Origin: Magallana gigas
Lineage: Eukaryota
Direction of reading: 5' to 3'
Length of the DNA stretch: 64,000 nucleotides
NCBI RefSeq assembly: GCF_963853765.1
Contig: NC_088859.1
Span: 46,624,001-46,688,000, forward strand
Shown: positions 1 through 12,700 of the stretch, piece by piece
How positions within the stretch are numbered: position 1 is the stretch's first letter
How the letters are laid out: each line of letters opens with the position of its first letter
Made by a program: the position numbers and the translations under genes
Notes under the pieces: model-generated
Databases searched by the model: none
The model's input: the letters and a program-made list of their open reading frames with translations, nothing else
Told to the model about the DNA's origin: nothing

Positions 1-120
1 AGACTCGCTCGACTCGTCCGAGTACTGATCGGAGTGAGCCCAGTACAAGCTGCTACTGGGTGGTTCCCTGAGGGTACAGTTGCTGGGTAGTTCCCTGACC
101 GTGCAGCCTGTGGTGTACAT
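1..120 (-). CDS. Candidate second intronic/alternative first coding segment of the myosin gene (truncated by window edge)
   Basis: The ATG at 120 has gccATG context. The frame MYTTGCTVRELPSNCTLREPPSSSLYWAHSDQYSDESSES is open to position 1, is GC-richer than its flanks and has an in-frame stop upstream. Its link to a downstream exon cannot be seen. Confidence 0.3.
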   Translation of the reverse strand, partial: MYTTGCTVRELPSNCTLREPPSSSLYWAHSDQYSDESSES

Positions 121-789
121 GGCTGTCTCGCTGAGCCTGCTGTTTGACGGACAGTGGTTCGTTGTGGTATGGCTGATCAGCTTGATGTGTGGTGATCACT
201 CAATCTCGACATGTAACATTGATTTCACAGACTGTTTTATGTACCTTGTTATATCCCCATAATAGAATAGCCATGTAGGGAAATAATTAGGCCTCTTTTA
301 ATTCCCATTTCATAATGATAAGACAATAATTGAATTTTGAAAGCTTCCAAACAGAAGATGCTTTCATAAGCTGGCTATCTTAATAATATGTGTCAAGTAA
401 CACATAATATGATTCATTACTCTAATGTTCTCTTTACAAAAAAAATTTTTTCCTTACTTTATGCAGATAAATAATGAGCATGTGCTGATGTTATCAATTT
501 CTTACCCAGTAAAGCATTGTCCCTCAAGTTAATCCAAAATGTCATACAGGTGCATTATCATTTCCAGGTAACAAAAGAAGTGAATGATGTTGGACTATAA
601 CAATGACTACACAACAGATATGCCCTGGGTGTGTCCCCTCTAGCCGGTGAATGATTAAGTGAGCCTGGGTGCTTATCTCAAACTCTGCTTCATGCTAATA
701 CACTTCTGGCCTGGGGGACAGGCTTTAGGTGGACCTATGTTACCTGAACAAAAATTGTGGGTCAGGTGTGAAAACTAATGTTGTCTTAC

Positions 790-3700
790 CTTCAGATATC
801 TCTTTCGCTGTCGGTACATCCGAAACTGGGCCTGGGCCTTGATGATGCCATTTCTGACCAACAAGAACTTCTTCCTGTGAAAACAGGTATATAAACAAAG
901 TCAGAGGATTGTATTTCACAAAGAACAAAAATGCATTACGCAATCAAAAGAATTTCACTTAATTTTTTTGTTCAGACACTTGATTTGGAATGTGTCATTA
1001 ATAATTTGTTTTTGAAAAATAGGATTTCCGCAGGGCGTAGTTTCTGATCAAATTTAAGATAAAATACAAGCATTATGGCACCATATCATCTTATTTCCGT
1101 TATCATTTTATTTTCCAGTCAATTTGCCTCAATAAAGTTTATCTAATGTTTTGAATAGAAATAGTTCATGACAGTTTCTGAAGAATGACCTTGATCTTTC
1201 TGTGTTGATCAACAAAGATGGACCTATACTAGTACTGTGTGAGAGCTTAATTACCAAGTATACGTTTCATGTAGATAAGGTGACAAAACACTCTCATTTA
1301 CCTGTCTCTATAATGGTCACGCTTTGTTAATCATTGAAGTTAACAAATCTGCTGTTCTAAGATAATTGATAATTACTGATTGCAACATTCCAGGATATGT
1401 TTGTAAACTTTACGAGATAGTTTTGGAAATGTTCAAGTAAAAAAATAATTTAAACCACTTACCTTTTTGTTCAAGAACTATGATATTACTGTATCTAATA
1501 ATTCATGAAATATATAATAGCCTGAAATTGTGGGCATTCATACAAAATATCCCAAAAATTGCATGAACTATTTATTATGGATTTTTGATAACAGGTAGTT
1601 ACTGATAGGGAGAGCAGGTGTGACAGCGGGTCTCGTCATTGACTGAAGTAATATATACTTTTGTTTCTACTATCAATGCCTATTCAGTGTACAGACAATT
1701 CAATGGCAGCTGTCCGTATAGTATGAACAGCTACAATTGACTCTTGCATTGTTCTATTTCAGTTCTTTCAAATTGCATCATATTGTTGTGCAATGATTCA
1801 TCTTCAGATATATTGATGTAGTCTATCATACATATATCATATCATACATCTTTTATATTGAATTCCAGCATATGCATTGTGTTAATGAATTAAGTAATCA
1901 ATTGAAAACTAGTACTGATCATGAACGTAAAAAATACAATCCTCTAGCTTACATATGAAATACACATATTTACTGTATAGAGGGAAAAATTCATCCCCAT
2001 TTTTTAGGGTTTTTTTGCCCCTTTCACCCTCATTGTCAGTGGGTGAATTCAAGACTAGGTAAATTTGAATGCCTTAACTTATATCTGCTTTAACATAACT
2101 TTAACATAAGTTCAAGATGGGGCAAAACCGTTTGCAAGTGTATTTGGGTGAAAATAACATGGGGAGAAAGTAACCCTGTATACCGTAAACATTTAATTGT
2201 GACTAACATTGATCTACCGGTATTTCTCAAGGACTCAATCTATTTATTTTGTTTAGAATAATTTACTTATGGGAAAATAAGCTCAAACTAGCTAATCAAG
2301 GATGTCACAATGTACACTGGTAATGTTGTTATACAAGTGCTACAATACTGCTGAAGTAGTCTGGGGTTTTTTGTCAGACAGCATCTTTTTTATTCACATC
2401 TTACCTGGCTGGGGAGACAACATGCTTTTCATTGACATCTTACCTGATGGTAAAAAAACAACAACATGCATTTCAATGACATCTTACCTGGCTGCATATC
2501 TCCTGATTGCTCTTTGTAAACTGTGTATGGAAGTCTTTGCTCGCAGGAATTTCTTACGGGCCAAAAACATGCGTGAGCACTTTTGAATCCGCACGATAGC
2601 TTCATCCTGGATCTTCTTGGCCTCTTTGTCCAACACCTGTTCCAGACTCTCCTTCAGAAACACCTGTTGAAAAGAGTCAGATTCGGTCAGGCCACAATTA
2701 ACATAGGTCCAACACAGAGAATATTTCTCAGTGTCCTGAAACTTTGGTACAGTGTGATGGGGAATCTCAGAACACAGGGAGGAGTCATTATTCTCCCCCC
2801 ACTCACTGTCCTCCCACGTACTCTCAGAGTTTGTGTCAAAGACCTTGTTTACATATTCTGGGTCAGTATCACACCTGTTCCAGTTCTCAAGGTACTGAGA
2901 GTGTGAATGGTTAGCATAAATTCCTTGACCTGACATCTTTATAATGCTGTCCTTCCTATAAATCCTACTGCCAGAAAAAATCCCTCTCCACTTCCCTTAT
3001 TTACATACATGTGATCATGGTTTCTCGAAGAATTTCACTTGGCATATTAGATTTGCATATTCTCTCTGTCAGAATGATAGACATCAATCACACAAAAAAC
3101 TTTAACAAGTCATAAAATAGCATTTGCATAAATCATCAGCACAAGCAGTCTTCTGATTTCACCATTATCACTGATTGAAAGATAAACTGACAGACTTGTA
3201 AATACAACATGGGGATCGAGGAATTAAATGTTCAGAAATGGTCAGCACAACCAGGGATAAAATTCAAAGTTATTGACTCTGGTCATTTTTCAGGTGAAAA
3301 CTACTACAGAAAATTGTTTTTATTTCTATACCAAATTTACTCCCTAAAATCATCGTCTAGGTGTTTTTTGGGACTGTCTCAACAGACAAGTTAAATTCCT
3401 ATAACATTATATCAAAAGGAAATTCATTTCTTGGCACATAAAAGCAAATTCTGAAAAGACATGTATAAAAGACTTTTTGCTTAAATTGTAATACACATGT
3501 ATTTGATGAGAAATAGTATATACTGCATCATGTTTAAGGAAAACAATATTCTATCAGTTGGTTTTAAGAAGTGGTCATCTTAAACAATTAAAGTTAACAA
3601 AATTCTCTCACTTTTATAAAGTACATTAAAAATGAAATAGATTTAGGTTCATATGAGATATAACATAATAATAAACTCAACTATTAATATCTTCATAATT

Positions 3701-6700
3701 CCAGGGTAATTTTTTATAGTTAATGATTGAAATATTCATTTGGTACTGAAAAATTTCATCAAAATATTTACATCATATAGATGGCGTGTTTGATGGTTAT
3801 TATCTTATTATTATCTGTTCAGATATGTCACCATTTATTTCATGATTGTAATTTATTTTGCAGGGTTTTAGTGTATTCCATGCAAAACTATCAGGGCACA
3901 AGCATTTTAAAGTCAAAATATTTGACTACTCCCATTAAGTGAAACCACAAAAAGAGACCTTTCAAATTTTTACAATTTTATGAAAAATTTATCATAGTAT
4001 TTGTTGCAATCTGGTGGTTCTAAAAAGCTTATTGAACCATAATGCTATGCATTTTTGTTTTTGTGGAATCGATAAAATGTTAACATCGATTTATTATGTT
4101 ATATAAATCTTGACATCATATCTGAAATGAAGGGTAGCTAGGTGTTACTTCACAATGAAACTCTGATTTTTACTCCTATAACTGCATAACTTTCCTTAAT
4201 ATTTTTTACATATATACTTTTACATAAAATTTTATGACCTCTCATGATGAAGGTTTAGTTGAGACATCCACTAATCTATTTCTTAGAAAGTTCTTTTTAA
4301 AAAGTGTTTGTGTTATTTGTTGATTGTAGTTTGTAAATGGTTTGTAAAATCAATCTTTTAAGTGTAAATTTGTTGAATTTTACTTTGCTGCTTGCAATAT
4401 TTTGGAATTCATGTTTGCCAAAATAAATTCTGACATAAAATGGTTAGTACTGTACCTTTCAGCAAGCCTACAAAATAAATTGACCTCCCCTTCCCGCCAA
4501 TAAAGAACAATTTAAATCGATGAGTTTCTAGACAGAATCTTTGCGTGCGGTGTGGTTCCTACCTTGGTAGCACCTATCCTGTAGAGGTCCTTGTACACCG
4601 AGCCCTGGGTGTTCAGGACCATTTGGCACACGGTGTTTGGCAGCTGTCGAGTGTTCAGATCTTGTCCATGCAACAAACAGTGATATCTACAATCCACAGG
4701 AACATTTTTGTTTAGGTCATCAAAGGTACTTAATAATATACCTGCTACATCATCTACAGTCTAAAAGCAAATTTTTCAGGTCATCACAGGAAAGCTTCCT
4801 ATGCCTCCTTCATCAAGAAGCTTTAACTGTCCATAATCTTGTCATTTACAATGAAAACTATCTCATTACATGTAAAAAAAAAAATAAGCTACTGGTCAAT
4901 AAATTTATATAGGAGAGAGGAACTCGTAGGTTATAAGAACTTTTATTATACTTTCATGTTAAATACTGAAATCTGATTGGTTTAGATGCAGTTGATAATC
5001 CGTTCTATTACCCTCAGCATTAGCAACACACTTAGCAACGTGTAACACAACGAATTGTTACTTGCGCATATATTATGCACGTAGGGTTTGCCGTAGAATT
5101 CACGTCATTTCTATTTAAAAACAGTTACTGTAAAAATATTCTCTAAAATTAAGACATTCAGTATGATAAAATAAATAGTGCCTGTTTGGGAGGATAACAG
5201 TTGAAATTGACACCCCTTCGCGTCGGTTGACAATGGTTTCCTCGGGGTGTCAATTTCAACTGTTACTCTCCCAAACAGGCACTATTTATATATTATATAA
5301 TCCCACTGATTTAATCAATAAAATATGTTAAAACCAATAAACTATCAAAAGATCCATGATGAACAACATTCATGAGCAATGATTGAGCATGTAATGAATA
5401 TTAAGAAAGCACACCTTGAAATGAACATAGGGAATTTGATGCGGACAGGATAACCCATCTTGCGTATACGAATCGTTTCCAACATCCCTGTATATCTCAG
5501 CTGATCTAATACGACTTTTGTGTCGAATACCATCGGGGCCTTGTGATTGTTTGGTTTGATACAACGGACGAAGTATGGATTACATCTGAAGAAAAAATTA
5601 GAGATATTTTAAAAATAAAAATTGTCTATTATTTGGTGCATACTCTTAAACACATATTACGGAAATAAATGGAAACACTCGTGAGCATTTTACAAAGTTT
5701 TTATTTGTGTGTCTCTCTATCATAGAGTCATAATAATTTGTAGAGCAAAACTTATGTGGATCACCAGTCTTTTAGAGGCTCATTGGGATGTTATTTCATA
5801 GATTCGTTCTTTTAAATTTGTTGAGAATGTTATTTTGTGGATAAGGGGTACCCAGAAACTCCATAAAAACTAAGCCATCATTAACATTGGTGATTCCAAA
5901 GTATATGCTGTATATACATGTACATATAAGCCCATGACACTCAGAAGAACTGGCTTACTTCTACATACATGTATGGTTAATCACTTAGTAGAGCTGGCTT
6001 ACTTATACATATGTTTAATCACTTCATATAGTTTCCTTACTTAGACATGTTGTCAATCAGAGATAGGAGTGACTCGGTGAAGCCAGCGGAGATGGTGGGG
6101 GTGCGGGGTTTGAGGGTGACATAGCGACCAGTCGACTTGCTGAGGGTCTTTGTGATGAGGCGATCTCTCATATCCTTAAACATCTGAGCAATGATCTACA
6201 GAGAAAAGACATCAGAGAAGTCATAAAGATGTCTGAATTCAGCTTGTTTAACCAAGAGTGATATTCAGTAGAACGAAAGGACTTAATCTGATCTAAACAT
6301 GGTGACTGGGAGGTACTCACTCTGTTCTTGCTTTCACACAACAGTTCTATGACATCACTCCTTAAAGTGTCCTTATTCTTCTCCAGAAAATGATTTACCT
6401 TTAAAACAAAAAATTTGTGGAATCAATAGAATTACAAACAATATTTAATGGTGAGACGATTGCTGACTGTGGTGATAGAACACTCACATTGTACTTGATC
6501 CTGCCAGCGTAGTGCTGGACATAGAACACAGGGTCCGACATCCGCGGCTTCTCATACAGTCTGTTACTGTCATGGTGGAAGTGACACTTCTCCAGGAACG
6601 ACATATCTGTTGCCTAAAAAACGAACACTATTGTTAGAGATCTCGTCTCTTTAAAGGTCTTTTTAACAACATCTGCTATTCTGTTTGCAGTTTCAGTAGT

Positions 6701-9700
6701 ATCATATTTCGTCTCAGCAGGAGTTATCCCCCATAAAGTGCTGTTTCAACACCTATTTTATAGTCAATGCCTTACAAAATTTACAGCATAATCCAAAATA
6801 AAACAAATCAAAATCAGAAAAATTCAAAAACTTGATATAAAAAAATTATCTAAATTCAAAAACTTGATATAGGTAAAAAAAATTACCCGGTATCTAAATT
6901 TTATTAGAAGCTTGTCACAACTCTGTTCTATACATAATTTCTATATCTGTAAATCTTTTGGTGCTTAATACCTGTGGAAAGCTGCATTCATCGTCCAGGA
7001 TACACAGAATTCCTGTTGGTTTACTGGCCAACAGATCGATCACAGGTTGGTTATCACGGAATTCTATTGTTGACCAATCGATACCCTCTCTTGAATATTC
7101 TTTCTGCTCCAGACGGAAAATATGTTGATTGAAGAAGAACTGCATGGTTTCATTGGCATAATTGATGCATAGCTGCTCAAAGCTGTTCATGTGGAAATCC
7201 TGAAAATAATTTTAAAAGTTTTGAAAAATGTTAATGATGTAAACAAAATAAATTGAAAATCACATGTTTAGGAAGCACATCAGAATTCAGAATACCTCAA
7301 ATCCAAAGATGTCAAGGACAGCCAAGGAAGTGTTTTTGTCTCGCTCTGCTCTACAGATGATATTGTTGATCCTCTCGACCAGCCAGGTAAATAGGCGACT
7401 ATATAGAGCCTTGGCTACAGCATCCCTATCAGACAGAAAAAAAAATCATCAGAAAATCAAGAAATATCAATAACAATAAAGGTTCTATATCACAGTAAAC
7501 ACATTGATTTGAGGGGCCTCACCTTGCGTCCAGAGCTTGATCGATGTTATATGGAGTAAGAACACGATCTCCTCTTGTTTCCTAAAATAGGAGAACTCTT
7601 GGTTATTTCATAAATTAAAATATTTCAAATTTGTCGTCATTATGTACACCAATTTAAAATGTTGTTGCATTAAAATGATTTTCCAAAGAATTTTTATACA
7701 TAATTGAAATGAATTTTAGCAGACCTTCCAATGCAAAATTTAACTTATAATGTATTTTCACTTGACAGTTTTATAAAAAAAAAATAATAATAATCATGCA
7801 ATGTGATTTAAAATAAAATATCCTGAGTAATCAATTTGTGTTTAATTGAATTTTATTTTTATATATATTTGATAATAAATAATCATATCTTTATCCAAGT
7901 GAGAGTTTTCTCTCTTATCAGAGATTTAGTGTACCATAAATAATTCATATTTCATTTCGAATAGTGTCAGCTTCATTTGTATTCATGAATTGTAAGAACT
8001 GATAGGGGACTCACAGTGACTTTGGTGGTTAGAGCCTGTTTGAGCCAGTCCTCCGACAGCTGTAGGAGGTGGGAGATCCATTTGATCTCAGCATCACTCC
8101 CCAGAAGTACAGTGTCATGGCTAGCCTCATCCTGAAAGGTCAAGGTCAGCTTTGTAACGGGAGAGAATTCCCAAAACAAACAACACAATTAAAGTTCAAA
8201 ACATACCCTTCAGCTATACATCATTTTACCTATCCACAAATGATAATTAATGGGTGGGTATTTTTTTTACTTTAAAACTTTGCTTTCCAATATGAATTTG
8301 ATGATATCATGAATGTTATGTCTGGAAGTTTAATAACAGCATTGTTATATTTATAAATACTTAAGAGAAGGCCATAAATGCTTACATGAATTTTCTTGAA
8401 ATAAATGTTTCCGATGTGAAGGACAGAGGAGAGTATTTTGAAGATGGTGTCCTGTTCACTTCTCTCAAAGCTGAGCACATCCAGGGCAGCCATCAGAGCT
8501 CGATAATTCTCTCTGTCATCTCGCCCCGAAATCTTACAGTTCCCTCCCTGAAGCAAGAATCAGAATAGTAAATGATCCAACAATAGGCAAAAGATCCTCC
8601 TTTTTTAAAGATTAAAAGGAGTTTTTTCTTATCTAAACATGTCCTACTAACTTTTGAGAATAAAAATATCTAAAATATTTTTAACAATTTTAAACATAAG
8701 TTCTGGGTTAAACCAATATTTATTGACAAGTGATGCAGGAAATTGACCATGCAGACTTAAAATTAAGATGCTGTTGGGAATTTGCACTTATGAAAACTTT
8801 CAATCTTTTTGTCAAAATCCAAATCCAGTGAAGCAACATACCTGGTTAAGATAGAAGTACTTCTCCGCATTTTGCAGACCGTATTTTCCTTTCTGGTCTG
8901 AGGACATCCCTTCCAGCATCTCGTAGAACACATGATAGTTTCTCTCATCCTGGGCCTAGAACAAATACAGGAAGATAATAGTCATTGTAAATAAATACAA
9001 TAATTCAATGGTTTTTGAACAGTGAATTTATTCAAACACTGAATACCGCTTTGCTCAAGTGAGTGCAATATTATGGGAAACAGATGGGTTGTATTCAAAG
9101 CTTTCTGTACATTATCTTTAAATCTTATATAGTGATTTGGACCATAAAATAACTAGTAAGCCTTGATGTGCATGACAATGTTAGCATATTCACCGACATT
9201 AAAGGGGCATGGTCACGATTTTGGTCAAAAATTATTTTTTCGATTTTATGTCTATAATGCTTCAGTAAGGCATTTTTAATTGGCAACCAAAATTTGAGTG
9301 TCATTTGTGATTTATAAGCGAGTTTCAGAGTTTACAATTCCTCGCTATGTAAACAATGCTTTTGTTTACATTTTGAATGTTGAAGTGAAAATTCCAGTTT
9401 TAGACCTAAAATGAATGTGTTTATGGTTAGGAACTGTTAATTCATGCTTAAAAAGAATATGAATATAGACAAATCATCTTGAAAAAGATTTTTACTGGTA
9501 TATTGAACCTATGTAAACAAAAACGAGCCTTGTTTACATGACGAAGAATTGTGAGCACTGTATCTTGCTTAAAACTCATCGACGGGCACCCAAATTTCAT
9601 TTGATCATTAGAAATGCATTCATAAAGCATTGCAAATAATAAAAACAGAAAATTAAAATTTGACCAAAATCGTGACCATGCCCCTTTAAGAGCATTGTTA

Positions 9701-12700
9701 GCAAATAGAGTAATATCAATGACTCATTCATATTTTTAATTTACTTGATGATAAATCACGAAACTTTTTCTTGAGCCAGGTGATAAAAGACGATCACATT
9801 TACCTGTGTTGTCTATACTGATAAACAAAAGATCTTGTCTACAGAGAATACCACCCCAGGGCCTGATCATAAAAACACCACAAGACAGATGTCATTTTAA
9901 AACGTATTAAAGTCTTCTGATTTTTAAAATACATCTAAATTATTCTAAAATCTTCTAAGCATCTATATCTTAATTGTAACACAGGTAATATTCCTTGATC
10001 TTTTTCTCTTCAACAAGGTCATTATTTGTGTTTATAAATTCTTCACTTCATAAAATCATGCAACCATGACAGCCACAAATGTTTTATTATTCAAATACAC
10101 CACAATTCAAAATTTTTCTGAATAATTAATCTAATTGTGTACGTATAAACCTAGCTGACAACAATGAATTTACTACAGGTTCACGTTCCAGAGGAGTTGC
10201 TCAGTTACACTTTTTCTGACTTTGATGGTAAAGGACAATTCTACTTGTCCAAAGAAACTGGACTACTTATTAAATAAATAATGAATACCATTCCTATGAA
10301 CAAGGATAATGTCTGCATAAGGTGTGAAAGTTAATAAATTGCTATTTTTGAGAACTCCAATTTTTTTGTAGAACCTTCATCAATGGAAGAAAAGGACTTG
10401 CACCAGTTATGATAATTCCTACTTTTGAACTAATGATCAACCCTGCCCCCTTATATACATGCTTATAATAATAATGAAGGTGACGCCCTGACAGGTTTTT
10501 AAGTCCGTAAATGCAAATGATTGAGTGTATATCATAACAGGATCTTCTGTCTATTACTGGACCATTAACTAAATATTTGTCTCCTCAGATCATGGAGCAC
10601 TTGTGGACAGTGGAGAGATACCAGATCTGACTAAATGGACACTTCACCCACAAGGCATCGGAACACTCCTTTATTATTCATCAGAATCTCCTCCTTCCCA
10701 TTCCATTCATTCAATACCATTACAATTGATTTAATTCATTTTTAATTTGCAATACATGTAGCTTACTACTGAGAAACAGCAGTTAACATATTGAACTAGA
10801 TTTACACCAGTTGTTACAGAGATTAGGCACAGAGGATAAGCAAAATGTGATGATCTGGGTAGATTCCGTGGGACGTGCTATCCCCCTTTATCTGCTTGTT
10901 CAGGTAAGTCGGGATTCCCCACCCGCAGTCTGAACAAACTGCTTTATCTACTGCCTCAAATGCTCTACCAACACATCCAGCAAAGTTAGTATAAGAGAAA
11001 CAAATATTCATTACAAAACTCTGATAACCTTTCACATATTCCAAGCCTTATTTTCATTAATCATGTTTCTACCCATTGTAGATTAAACTTCCATTGCTGG
11101 TTATAGAGCAATTCTATTCGAAGAAGAGCTATTTCTTTAACCATGTCTGGTTTACCTTGCTGAGAATCAAAGTTATGTAATATTGGTACATTTAAATATT
11201 GACGATTTACCTACGAGTCAGTCTTATTTTATGATTTTTAAACCTTTCATTAAACGGCAGATAGAGGAAGTGTAGCATGTGATTAAATGACATATCAATG
11301 TGCTTTTTATCCCTGAGATGTGCTAAATGCTTGAGCTTTTTAAAACGTTTACCTGGGTAACCATGCGTGACTTCTCCAATAGATATTCAAGAGTACGTGC
11401 TCCGACGATGGACCCACTGCAATTACAAAATGTACTCATCGTAACACCCAATTCAATACAGTTTTCATGCTAAAATTCTGCTGATATCATGCCAAGCCAA
11501 TTAAAATGTTCATTTTAACCAAACTTAAAGTTCATACGCCTTTTTGACATCAATCAAGCATCAAACACATTTATCTAATGCAGTGATCTGTTCAAACTTT
11601 TAAAAAAATCTTTGAAGATTTTATAACAATTTCTTAAAGTTTTGATCTTGCAGATGAATTCACAACAGCACCCCATAAGCATTTCTTCAGAATTTGTATC
11701 TTATTTTTCTAATTTGGATGGAAATCAAAAGCTCCCTAGTGGGAGGATCAATATCTGAACAAGCAGAAAGGGATGAAAGGTGTGTACAAATAAATTTCCT
11801 AGTCACAAAACATATGATATTCATTCCTCATCGTAATAAACCAGCTGTTGCTATGTTGACAACAGGAAATCTATCTTCTGACATCACATCAAAGCTAGGA
11901 GGGACCAAAATAAAGACCTTTAATAAGTCAGGGCATGTCCTAACTGATTTGTTCGGGCTACTGGACCAAGCTCTTCTCAGTTCAAAACCATCATTGGATT
12001 GTTTTCTCTAATGTTTTGGTTGTTAAAAAGTGTTTGCTTGGAATTTCTTAACGATGTCAACTGTTTAGTTTATAGGGGCATTTCCTCAACCGAAATTCTC
12101 CACAACGCTAAATTTTATTATTGAGTCACACTTCTAATTAAATCTATAAATTCAAAATGGACAAAAGGACTTGTGACCCCATACTTGATCCTTGTGTAGC
12201 TGTAGTTTATAGGACACAAACAATGTCCTGACTTTGCAATGAAACTTTGATATCAACTCACTGCTTAAAGAAGACTTCAATGTATTTCCCAAATCGGCTG
12301 GAGTTGTCATTCCGAATTGTTTTGGCATTACCAAAGGATTCCAGTAGAGGGTTGGCCTCCAGAATTTGCTCTGTGATGAGGTTGTTACCGGACTTGTTGA
12401 CTGCAGCCAGGTACTGCATGATTAACTTGGTGGCCTCTGTTTTTCCTGACCCTGATTCTCCGCTGAAACACAAAAACATTCCCATCACCCTCCATTACGT
12501 TTTCGGTGTAAAAAAACCCTGTCACGACAAACAAGATCTACAGCAATGTTTTCATTGGTAGGGAGTGCTTTACAAGCAACCATCCTACCATAGAAACATT
12601 TTTGAGAGTTAATTAAAAGACTCCCAAGACAGCATTGTCATCATTTTGCTTTTTTTTATTAATAAATTGCACTAGCTCTTTATTATCGTAACAGCTAAAG

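Noticed and set aside
2583-2906. 107-aa plus-strand ORF
   Set aside because: It is the antisense shadow of the myosin exon and its in-frame extension. The same applies to ORFs opposite the TMEM26, JmjC, HAP40 and LINE coding sequences.
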